From Perna viridis (Eukaryota), in assembly GCA_037379345.1 (NCBI GenBank), contig CM074511.1:52892862-52956861 (forward strand): a stretch of 64,000 nucleotides of DNA. Reading direction: 5' to 3'. The position numbers and the translations under genes are program-made. The notes below the pieces were generated by a model. The model did not search any database, had not been told where the DNA came from, and worked only from the letters and a program-made list of their open reading frames with translations. This document shows, piece after piece, positions 40,801 through 52,800 of the stretch (positions are counted from its first letter, which is position 1; the number at the start of each line of letters is the position of its first letter).

Positions 40801-43800
40801 TATTGCCTGCTCTTCATACCTAGCTATGTAACTACAGCCAAAACCAAATGCTACACTGGATGATAAACACTGAAAAAAAAGTATCAAATAAAACAATAGT
40901 AAAGATCAAGTATAGAATAATCACAATTCTGCTAGACTTGCATTTAACAAAAACAATATTCCCGTAACCAATGTCATTTATGATCAACAGCAATATTAGT
41001 GATGAAACAGATGTCATTTTTACATTTTGCCAAAACCTCATAAAAATGTTTACTTAATAATAGATTTCGTCTTGTATAGTACTTTTAAAAATATGATTAC
41101 GGTAATGAATTGTAACTATTCATGAAAGGGTGAAAAAACACCCATTGAAACATAAAACTCCTATTTAAGCAAGTATCATTTGAATTCTCTCCATCTATAC
41201 TGAAATTCATGTGTGCACTGTGTATCATGCATTTTTGTGAACTGTAGTTCTTCATTTGACAGAATATAATATGATATCTCTGATGTCTGTGAAAAAATAT
41301 TTATTTTTAAATATCACTCATTAGATACAGTTTACCTACCTTAGTTAGTTTTAATTCTACTTATAATCTTTTATAAGGAAATCATAAAATTTTCATTCGT
41401 TGATTGATTGATTATGGTTTAACATCCTACGGCATTTGATTTATTTCAGGAGAGCAATTGACCAATCTAACAGACTTAGAACTAGTCAGCCATGCTGAGC
41501 CAGATCTTTATTGAGGCTCACAGAGGCAACAGCCCACAGATAGGAATGCAAACCCACTCAAACACATTACTCTGACTCTGAGCCAACCAGTCATCACCCT
41601 ATCCTCTTTAATATCACTTGTTTGGAGGAGAAGCAGTGACTACAAATAGTAAAGTCTTTGGTGTGACTTGGTCTGGATTGAACACATGACCTCCTACAAT
41701 TGAGGTTAACACGCAACCCTGAGACCAATGAGGCAGTTAAATTACATTAAAGTTGAGTTCCCGATACTCACTGCTATGGTTTTGTGTGTGTTGGTCATTA
41801 GTTCTTCCCACTGTGTACACAATGGATATGGCAGATACAACATGAAATATAGGAATCCAGCAACACATGCTGCTATGTTTGCTTTGGAGAAAAACACACT
41901 GATCAGGAAACATTGTGATATAGTAGCTATGGTGAATGCTGTCAACATGAACAGGACTACAGTAGGATCAGAATATTCCAACACTTTACCAGTCTGTAAA
42001 AGTTAAAGCAATTAAAAAAAATATTATTATGGTTATTTTGATGTATTTCAATATATCTGGAAGTTTAACTACTCTGAATAGAAGATTTTCACTTCAATGA
42101 CTATTAAAAAATTATGATAGTTCTCATCAAAACATCAGTAATACCCAGAACTTCACACTCAACAACGAAGTCCTTATATTTATTACAGTGTATTGGCAAT
42201 CATTAAGTCATTTTGTATGAGAAATAATGAATACTAAAATGAATCAAGCACACACTCAAAACATAAGACTCAATATGAAGCCTGCATTATATTGTAGTTT
42301 ACTTGTTCGGACTGTTAGTTCATCATGTAACATATATAAGCAAGTACTAGTAACTAGTAATGAATATAATAAATAAGGCAATGGCAATAACAGAATTGGT
42401 TGTCAGTGTATCAACTTACTATGTAGGAAAAATTGTTAAAAATAGACTGTACCAAATGATAGACAAATCTAACAACCAATCCAGGTAATCTAAAACAGTG
42501 CATAAGACACAGTTAAGACAATTAAAGTAATCTAAAACAGTTGCCTAAGACCTAGGTAAAGATAATCAAGGTTATCTAAAATAGTTGCCTAACACCTGGT
42601 AAAAATAATCAAGGTAGTCTAAAACAGTTGCCTAAGACCTGGTTGAGATACTCAAGGTAGTCTTAAAAAGTTGCCTAAAATTTGGTAAAGATAATCAAGG
42701 TAATCTAAAACAGTTGCCCAGGATCCTGTAAAATAATCATGGTTATCCAAAATAGTTTCTTTAGACTGGGTAAAGATTATCAAGGAAGTCTAAACAGTTG
42801 CCTAAGACCTGGTAAAGATAATTACCTTCATGATGATAACCAACAGGATTAGTGATATAAACATAACAATGAAAGCATCAATAAACCACGCCAACCAGTG
42901 GACTCCATTACTCAGGCCCATGATCTTCATAACTTCCTTCAAACGTTTCTCTTTCTCGTAGACGATATTTTTACAAATCATAGCCACAGATAATACCCAA
43001 GCTAGCACAAGGAATAGCGGTAAAGATCGGGAAATGGCATATATAAACCTGCAAAATAAATCATATATATGATTTCTATAATATCTTAAACTTAACTATT
43101 CGACAGGTAAAAAGCTAATACCCAGAACATATTACTCCAAACACACTATCATTTGTTTATATTTTATATTATAGTTTCCAGCTTGAAATGGAGAGCAAAA
43201 ATTCAAAGAATAATGGATTTTTGATAAGTAAGAATATTTGAAACTATTTTAAAATTATATATAAAGTTCATTCATGTTGATAAGTAAAATCACATTTAAC
43301 TCTATGTTAACTGTTAACTAAAAGGGCAGCTTTAGTAACAATCTTACAAAATTTCAGACATGAGGTGATTCATGCATGTCAAAAACCACCTCATTCACCT
43401 TCATTTCTTATTCTGAAACAGAATAACCAGTCTTAGTTTGTCATTTAGTTGTTGCACTTTTGAGATGTAAATTATATACATAGTACATAAAATTAGCATT
43501 TTTCTAGAGTTACTGTTCTTACTTAGGTTGATTTAAAAGTGAGATATAAATGTATGGTTTTCTGAAAAATACATATCTGTGTTCAGAAAGGCCTATAATT
43601 ACATAAAAAATATGGCCTATGAAGACCAAAAAAGTATTGTTAGTTTCATCATTTTTTCTGCACCATAACTGCCTCCACTACTGGCAGTGTCAGAACTTCA
43701 AATGAATTGGTACTTAATACTTTGAATGTTATCTCTTTAATCTGTCTTTTTCTTGTGAATATTTCTCTTCCACTTAGCAGCAAAATAAAGTTAAATGAAC

Positions 43801-46800
43801 TAACAGCTGAAGTTAATAATGATTACATATGAAAAACTTATAGAATAGGACGATAAAGATTTACTGTCACTGATCTATGAATGACTGGATGATTTTTCTC
43901 ATATAGTAATATAAACTGACAAATAATACCAAATTATGGGGAAAACAAACATTTTTGACATCTTATTTCTATTAAGAATAAACATCAAACACCAAAATTG
44001 GTTCCCATCAAAAAGAAGTATCCCACTGTTGTGTATACAGAAAACTTCAAAACCACAAATTCAAGAATCCATGAAATGTGAAAATACAATGAAATAACAC
44101 AAAAACAATATGCCATGAAATATTCTGATTATACAGTATATATACAAACATGCAGTTTACTAGCAACAGAGGTTTATAAGTTGTATATATTGTTGAGCCC
44201 TGGTGCCTTTCACATACAAAGACTATTGCTGGGTATAATAGTACATATGATAATGTATTGATTTAGTCCTTATAGACAGTTTATAGTAACACCAGGTCTC
44301 AACATGAGTTAACAGACATGCATTAAATAGCAAGCCAACAGTAACTCACTTGTCCCGTATGTAACAAGGATATGGAAACTGTTGGAGTATAACACCAATT
44401 TCTGAGGTTAGATTAGTTTGTACTTTTATTAGTGCATGGTCAACCATGTCTTGAAGGTAGACAAATCCGTAGCGGACATATCTATTCCAAGCTCTTGGCC
44501 CAGGTCGCCAGTACCTATGAAAAGTAACAAGCAATTATATAAAATAGAACTGTACATACTTATCTTGAATGTAGCATGGATAAGGGAACATCTGAGTTAC
44601 AACACCAACATCTGATGTGCTGTTAGTCTGTAGCTTTATAATGGCATGGTCTATCATATCTTGTAGGTATGCAAACCCATAAGTTACATATTTAGTATCA
44701 GTAGGAGCTGTTGACCTTGGCCCTGGTCTCCAGTATCTATAACATATCTTATTTTATTGTACAAGTAAATTTGGTATAATATGACTGCAATAGCTGATCC
44801 TATATGTATCCACATAATATGATATGAAATGTTTCCAAAGTATATCAGAATTTTTAATACAGCAGCAAGTATAGAAGTCAACACTAGATAACAGCATCAT
44901 AATAAAAATGTGAAATACATATTTGAATCCGATCTTTCTTATCAATAAACACTTCTGCATGTTATAAAATATTTTTTCTGTATAAAAGAACATCTTTGCT
45001 CTCTCTCAAGTCAAGCTAAGTGGACAATGAACCAGTACTTCACTTGAACAGTGAAGTGAACCAAAACCTATATTATAAATATAATGTCTGTAAGTCAAGC
45101 TCAGTATATACTCCACCTGTAATTGACATTAATTGTGAAGAGAACCCAAACATCTATTAGAAATATAATGTCAGACAAGTTAAGTGGAAACTGTACCGGT
45201 ACTTGACATGAACAATAAAGAATATCCCAACTCACTATTACAAATATAATGTCAGTGGATACTGTACCGGTACTAGACATGAACAATAAAGAATATCCCA
45301 ACTCACTATCACAAATATAATGTCAGTTGATATTGTACCGGTACTAGACATGTACAATAAAGAGAACCCCAACTCTCTAATTTAAATATAATGTCAGTGG
45401 GTAGTGTACTGGTACTAGACATGAACTATGAAGAGAACCCCCACTCTCTAATGTAAATATAATGTCAGTGGATACTGCACTTGTACTTGACATGAACTAT
45501 GAAGAGAACCCCACTTCACTATTATAAATATAATGTCAGTGGGTACTGTACTGGTACTAGACATGAACTGTGATGAGAACTTCAGCCCTCTATTAAAATA
45601 ATGATTTGCAAACCTATCTTGAATTCTGTTTGTTGTATCTACTCTGTCTTGATTCATCCTTATGGAATATTTTACATGGGTTGCTAATCCATTCTGATAA
45701 TCTTGGTCAAATACAATGGCTAAAACACAAAAGTTCTTCTTGTAAAAAATCTGCATCTATTTGGTCCTTAATCAAATTATTTCATTATAATCATGTCAAA
45801 CTGTTCTTAGCAATTACCACAATATACCTTTATCTACTACTGATATTCAGAAACTGTGTATTTCAATTTGATACAACAACCAAATGAGTAAAAAGCATGC
45901 AAAGATAATTGGTTGTGTATGTCTTTCATCTAAAGTTTAAAAGAAGCCAACAAATCCCAAGGAAATTTATTCAATATTGATCATTTATTTTATATCATGG
46001 AAGTAGTTATGTTCAACTTAACATTTCTTAAAAAGCTTTAAAAAGCTACCTTTGAAAAGTTAAGACCAATGACCTGACAATGGGCCCATCTAAAATATTT
46101 AATTTGCCATCAGGATGACAAAACTGCAATACACTAGACCTAGACCTAGATACCTACCTCCAAAGTACTTATTCTGACCAATGAGTTTCAGACTTTCAAC
46201 TGTCAATTCATATTCTGTTTTAAAGCCCACAAACTTGTCAAACACAAAGCACTGCAAAAAGCAATAAATATAAATATACAAAATGTAAGGTCTTTTTTAA
46301 CTAGGGTTAGAAACAAGCCACAAGTAGGAAAGACCATTCAACAAGAGATTCAAGTCGCCTGCTGTAAACTTTGACATCATAATAAAGTTCAATTAATTAT
46401 CATAATTTCACTTTCATGAAAAGTGTCATAATAAACTAAAACTAAATTACAACCAAAATTTATGGAATACAGTAATTGAACCTTTTCATGAATTTAGTAA
46501 AAACCAAAAAAAACATTACACAGATATTATTCTTCAAATAACAATTTACCAATAAAATTAACTTTATGAGTTTTTTCATTGGAATTTTTACTAATTGAAT
46601 GATATTTATTTGGATGAAACTATCAATAGGACTAAACCATGTATACAACTTACCTTTCCACACTCTGACACTGTTTCTAACACCTGGTTGACCATGTATA
46701 TAACTTACCTTTCCACACTCTGACACTGTTGTCTAACACCTGTTGGACCATGTATATAACTTACCTTTCCACACTCTGACACTGTTTCTAACACCTGTTG

Positions 46801-49800
46801 GACCATGTCTATAACTTACCTTTCCATACTCTGACACTGTTGTCTAACACCTGGTTGACCATGTCTATAACTTACCATTCCATACTCTGACACTGTTTCT
46901 AACACCTGGTTGACCATGTCTATAACTTACATTTCCACACTCTGACACTGTTTCTAACACCTGGTTGACCATGTCTATAACTTACCTTTCCATACTCTGA
47001 CACTGTTGTCTAACACCTGGTTGACCATGTCTATAACTTACCATTCCATACTCTGACACTGTTTCTAACACCTGGTTGACCATGTCTATAACTTACATTT
47101 CCACACTCTGACACTGTTTCTAACACCTGGTTGACCATGTCTATAACTTACATTTCCACACTCTGACACTGTTGTCTAACACCTGGTTGACCATGTCTAT
47201 AACTTACATTTCCACACTCTGACACTGTTTCTAACACCTGGTTGATCATGTATATACTTACTTTCCACACTCTGACACTGTTTCTAACACCTGGTTGACC
47301 ATGTATATAACTTACCTTTCCACACTCTGACACTGTTTCTAACACCTGTTGGACCATGTATATAACTTACCTTTCCACACTCTGACACGGTATCTAACGC
47401 CTGGTTGACCATGTCTATAACTTACCTTTCCACATTCTGACACTGTTTCTAACACCTGGTTGACCATGTCTATAACTTACCTTTCCACACTCTGACACGG
47501 TATGTAACGCCTGGTTGACCATGTCTATAACTTACCTTTTCACATTCTGACACTGTTTCTAACACCTGGTTGACCATGTCTATAACTTACCTTTCCACAC
47601 TCTGACACTGTTTCTAACACCTGGTTGACCATGTCTATAACTTACCTTTCCACACTCTGACACTGTTTCTAACACCTGTTGGACCATGTATATAACTTAC
47701 CTTTCCACACTCTGACACGGTATCTAACGCCTGGTTGACCATGTCTATAACTTACCTTTCCACACTCTGACACTGTTTCTAACACCTGGTTGACCATGTC
47801 TATAACTTACCTTTCCACATTCTGACACTGTTTCTAACACCTGTTGGACCATGTCTATAACTTACCTTTCCACACTCTGACACTGTTTCTAACACCTGGT
47901 TGACCATGTCTATAACTTACCTTTCCACACTCTGACACTGTTTCTATCACCTGGTTGACCATGTCTATAACTTACCTTTCCACACTCTGACACTGTTTCT
48001 AACACCTGGTTGACCATGTCTATAACTTACCTTTCCACACTCTGACACTGTTTCTAACACCTGGTTGACCATGTCCATAACTTACCTTTCCACACTCTGA
48101 CACTGTTTCTAACACCTGGTTGACCATGTGTATAACTTACCTTTCCATACTCTGACACTGTTTCTAACACCTGGTTGATATTGTTCAGGGCATCTTTCCA
48201 AGTATAATTAGATATATTTATATCATTGCCACTATACAGGAACCTAAACAAAGGATCACATGGACTGTAATTTGGGTCCACATCACACATGAATGAGAAG
48301 TTTAGTCCCGCTGCTTGAGTGATATAGTTGTTCAGTGCAGCTGAGGCAAAACCAGGTATGAGAGATGAGATATCAAATCCCCCAACAGTTTGGCCTGTCA
48401 GGATATCTGATATATTAAATCCTGGGAGTGATCCATTACAGGCTGTTTGTCTAAATGTATGCCAGACATCATCACAAACCTCAGAGCATGTAAAGTCCTG
48501 AAATGAAGTAAAAGCTGTGAAAGAACTTTTAATCTGGACTATCAGTTTTCATTGGTACACATTTTTTCTCTAAAAATCTAATTTGTATGAAATCATGGCT
48601 ATTCACCATGAAAGGGCTAACCAACCAAAGAATGTTACAAAAAAATAGGGACTAGTACTCCATGAGAACATTTTGCAGATTTTTCAAATAATTAAGCCAA
48701 TGTTTCTGAAACTAATTAAAAAACAAAATATCATAGTCACCACAGGCTTACAGTTCATACTTTAACAATATGACATTAATACATGCACTACATATAGGTG
48801 ACCTTCGTTTATAAAAACTAAATAATGTTAATGATAGGTTACCCTCAATAGTTGAATATTTGGATCTGTATCAAGGAAATTGAACAAAGAATCAGATTCT
48901 ACCCTCCATGTATTAGCAAGATCTACAATGCTGAACAGATCATCAAATGTCTTGTTTGCCTAAAAAATAAATAATTTATAATGATAGAGCACAGTTTTAA
49001 TAACAATTTTTGATAGTTATTGTAAATATATAAATTTTCACATTGAACTAATTTTTGCTATTTTAATGGTGGACTGAAAAGCATGAAAAATAGTACTTTA
49101 CACTAATAATTTTTTACACCATTAAGATTGATACCCGCAAATATGGTCACTTGACAGAATCCACAAAAATTAGCAGCTGCAAAAATTAATAAGTTTATAG
49201 AAATTACGAGGAATAGGGTTGGTTTACCCTTGATTGAATTACCCTTAACTCATTAACTTAATGGACAATTGACAAAGAGATATGAATTTTCTATCAGACA
49301 TACACTCAAGTACCTATGAAATGATAAAAAGGTTGAATCTCCTTGTTATTTGTCCAGTGATCTACCTATGACAGTTCATCAAGTTGTAATCATTCAATAA
49401 AGGGAAGACCAACTTTATTCCCTAAAGTCGACTACATTTTAAATCACTGTGATATCCAGTCATATTATATTTATACACATGTAATTCCTTTTTATGTTTA
49501 CACCACATTTAAGGAAGTACACCTAAGGTAAGGGACATAACTCTTGAAATCAGTGATACGTTTGTATCATATTCAATTTCACCAACGCCTTTCAATCAGT
49601 CCAAGTTACTTTGATGCTTACATGAGATTGATGTAAAATGCTGAATACAAATGTTTACATGATTCGTAAGAGTTGTGTCCCTTACTCTAGGTCTACCTCC
49701 TCAAAACACTGTCATTTCTTGTTCATGAACGAGAATTAAGATTAAAATTTACAATAAAAGACAATATGGTATTGAGAAATTGACCATACAAGCCTGCTCA

Positions 49801-52800
49801 TTACGATTCCTGTCATTTTCAGTTAAAATTATAGGGATGAAGAGACAGCGAAGTCCTACATATGTAGATCCTCTGTCAAAACATGAATATTTCAAAATTT
49901 TTCTGTCCGAATTGACGTATGAAGTAAGTGTGTGATTGTTTGAACTTTTAACACAGATACCCATCAGTGGGAAAATATCACATATTCCCGCAGGACACGA
50001 CATCAGCAATATAACAATATAATGGTGCATTTATTAATCAAGTTAAATGTAACTTGAATACAAATAGCTCCGTCCCTAATAAGAAAAGCCTAAAATTAAA
50101 TTAAAGTTCAAGACAGAACAGGTAAATTTAAACAAAGGAGCCAAAATTTTTAATGAAATATAATAAAACCACAGCAATGAAATAACATACCATTCTAATA
50201 ACTTCATTTACTGTTGTACTGTTAGGAGCATATGGAATCTTTCCTTCAACAAGAGGCTCCAGTTGTCTCCATATTACTTGTCCAAAGTCAGTTGACTCTA
50301 AATTATCCACTAAATCTGCACAAACTGTTCCTAAAAAAAAAAACCAAAAAAAAACCACAATATTGTCATGACTTCTGAAATATAGAACAGGGTATATGTT
50401 ATTTACTCTACTCTAAACAATGTATGTTACTTACTTTACTCTGAACAGAGTATTTGTTATTTATTGTACTCTAAACAGAGTATTTGTTACTTACTCTACT
50501 CTAAACAGAGTATTTGTTACTTACTCTACTATGAACAGAGTATTTGTTACTTACTCTACTATGAACAGAGTATATGTTACTTACTCTACTATGAACAGAG
50601 TATATGTTACTTACTTTTGCACTGAACTCCTGGATTTCCTATAATTTCCTTTCTGTTACCACAATTATGGCAATGTGGGTGTTTTCCTCGTTTAGATTTA
50701 TACTGACCAGCTGGACATGGCTTACAAGTGTTACCAGCAGAATCATAGAAATATCCTCTATCACAATACACTGCAGTAAAAAAGATTAAAGTACTAATTA
50801 ATACTCTTTATCACAGTACACTGAGTACACTGAAGTAGAAACAGATTATAGTTCATACAATAATGACATTTTTCTTTTATAAATTTGGCAATAATCCACC
50901 CAGTTGTTTCAGAGGAGAATATTGCTAAAAAAAAAGTTAACAATGACAAATGAGACCACAGATGCCAAGTGATGACAAAAGCTTGAATGGCCTTTGGCCT
51001 GGAAAGCTAAACAGCCTTGATATGTAGCAGTGTATAATATTTCAGAATCCACACATGTGATACAACACTCAACAAAAATTAACTGTTTTAAACAATTATT
51101 GTCTATCAAACGAAAAATGTAGGCATTAATTAGTTAGATAATAATCCTATCATCTTCAATTCTAGTATAAGAATGATTTTATCATCACTTACATTCACTA
51201 CACTGAGTTCTGTCACTTCTGGTGGAAGTCTTATGACCAGTACACCTTTTACATTCAGTTTTCCCACCTGTTGGCTTGTAATGATCATCCTTACACGGAG
51301 CACATGAATCTGTTCCTTCCTTCCCTGGGCCACAGTAAACTAAAATACAAATGCTTTACTGCATCAATCATGATCATATTTTTTTCCCACTGAACACTTT
51401 ATTTTGATTTCCAAATGGACTATTTGCAACACATAATTTAAATGCATCTTTTAATTAATAAGTAGCTATATTCATATTTCATTAAATTAAACAATCAGAT
51501 AAAAATTAGAGTGAACTTACATAGTTACATACATTTTCAAAAGTGCAAGTGTTATGTTTTTGATGAAAATTTTTTTACAAATAGCACATAAATTTTTACA
51601 TAATAAACCCCAAAAAGATTTTGGTGTTTTCAAACTGTAAATCTTACTTTTACAATCATCCTTCTTAACTGAACCTGAATATGTGGTGTTTTTGTTAGGG
51701 TCACAGGTAAGACATGTTGCCTGGGCCCGTGAAGGCTGGTAAGTCCCATAGCTACAGGGTGTGCATTTACTACCATCTATATAAGTCCCTGGGGCACAGT
51801 CCACTGAAAGGGAAAAAATCAATTCAATGTTAATGTCATAATAATGTAACATGTATTCAGGCAACCTAAGACAAAAATATCTCGTATCAGTTTTTTGCAT
51901 CCACACATGGTTTGCTGATAAAAAAAAAATTACTATAAATGTTATTAAAAAAGAAGTACATATATAAAGTATAAAAAAACTCGTGTATCCTTGACTAAGA
52001 AGACAAATGTTGTGTATTCACCCTTGTTACTAACAAGATAGACCTGTGTGTGTTTCACTAAATTCAATCTACCATATGTATGTAAACAATTTTAACACAT
52101 GATAAAACAATGCTTTGAGTGGATATTTTTCATTCCGGTGGAATTGACATATTCATCATATCCATTTTTGTTAAGTTAAAAAATACTTACAAGGCTAAAA
52201 TCAAGAAGGGACTTGTGTAAAAGTGCATGATACCTAACCTCCAGTGACTTTTAAAGTTTGAACAATATTGTTTACTGACAGAATGAAATATCACAGTTAA
52301 ATGTGCAATATATGTTACATGAATGGAAATATATAGTCACATCTTTCACAGTACTTACAAACACACATAGTTCTATCAGCACTAGATGTATATCCATCAG
52401 GACATTGAATACATTCTTCAATACTAGATGTTGACTTGTAGTAGCCTTTCTGACATGTGTCACAATTATTGCCTTCTGAACCAGCTGGACAAATCCCTTT
52501 AAAAGATGACAGAGAATAATAATAAGATAGTTAATAGGAAAGAGTGAATAAGATATTATCATGAGTGCCAAAGAATGCCTAGATTTAACGAGTGTGTGGA
52601 ACTTGTACTGCGCACATGTTTAATCCTTAAGCATTCTTAGCACGAGTGTTTTACAATAACCAATTGATTATCCTATTTATTATACAGATTTTTTTCATAA
52701 TTCATCGATATTTTCAACTTTAATTATAAATTCTGTGATTGGTGGATTGATATCAAAGTTGTGACGTTTTGGCAGGAGTAAGTCCCAAAGTTACATTACT

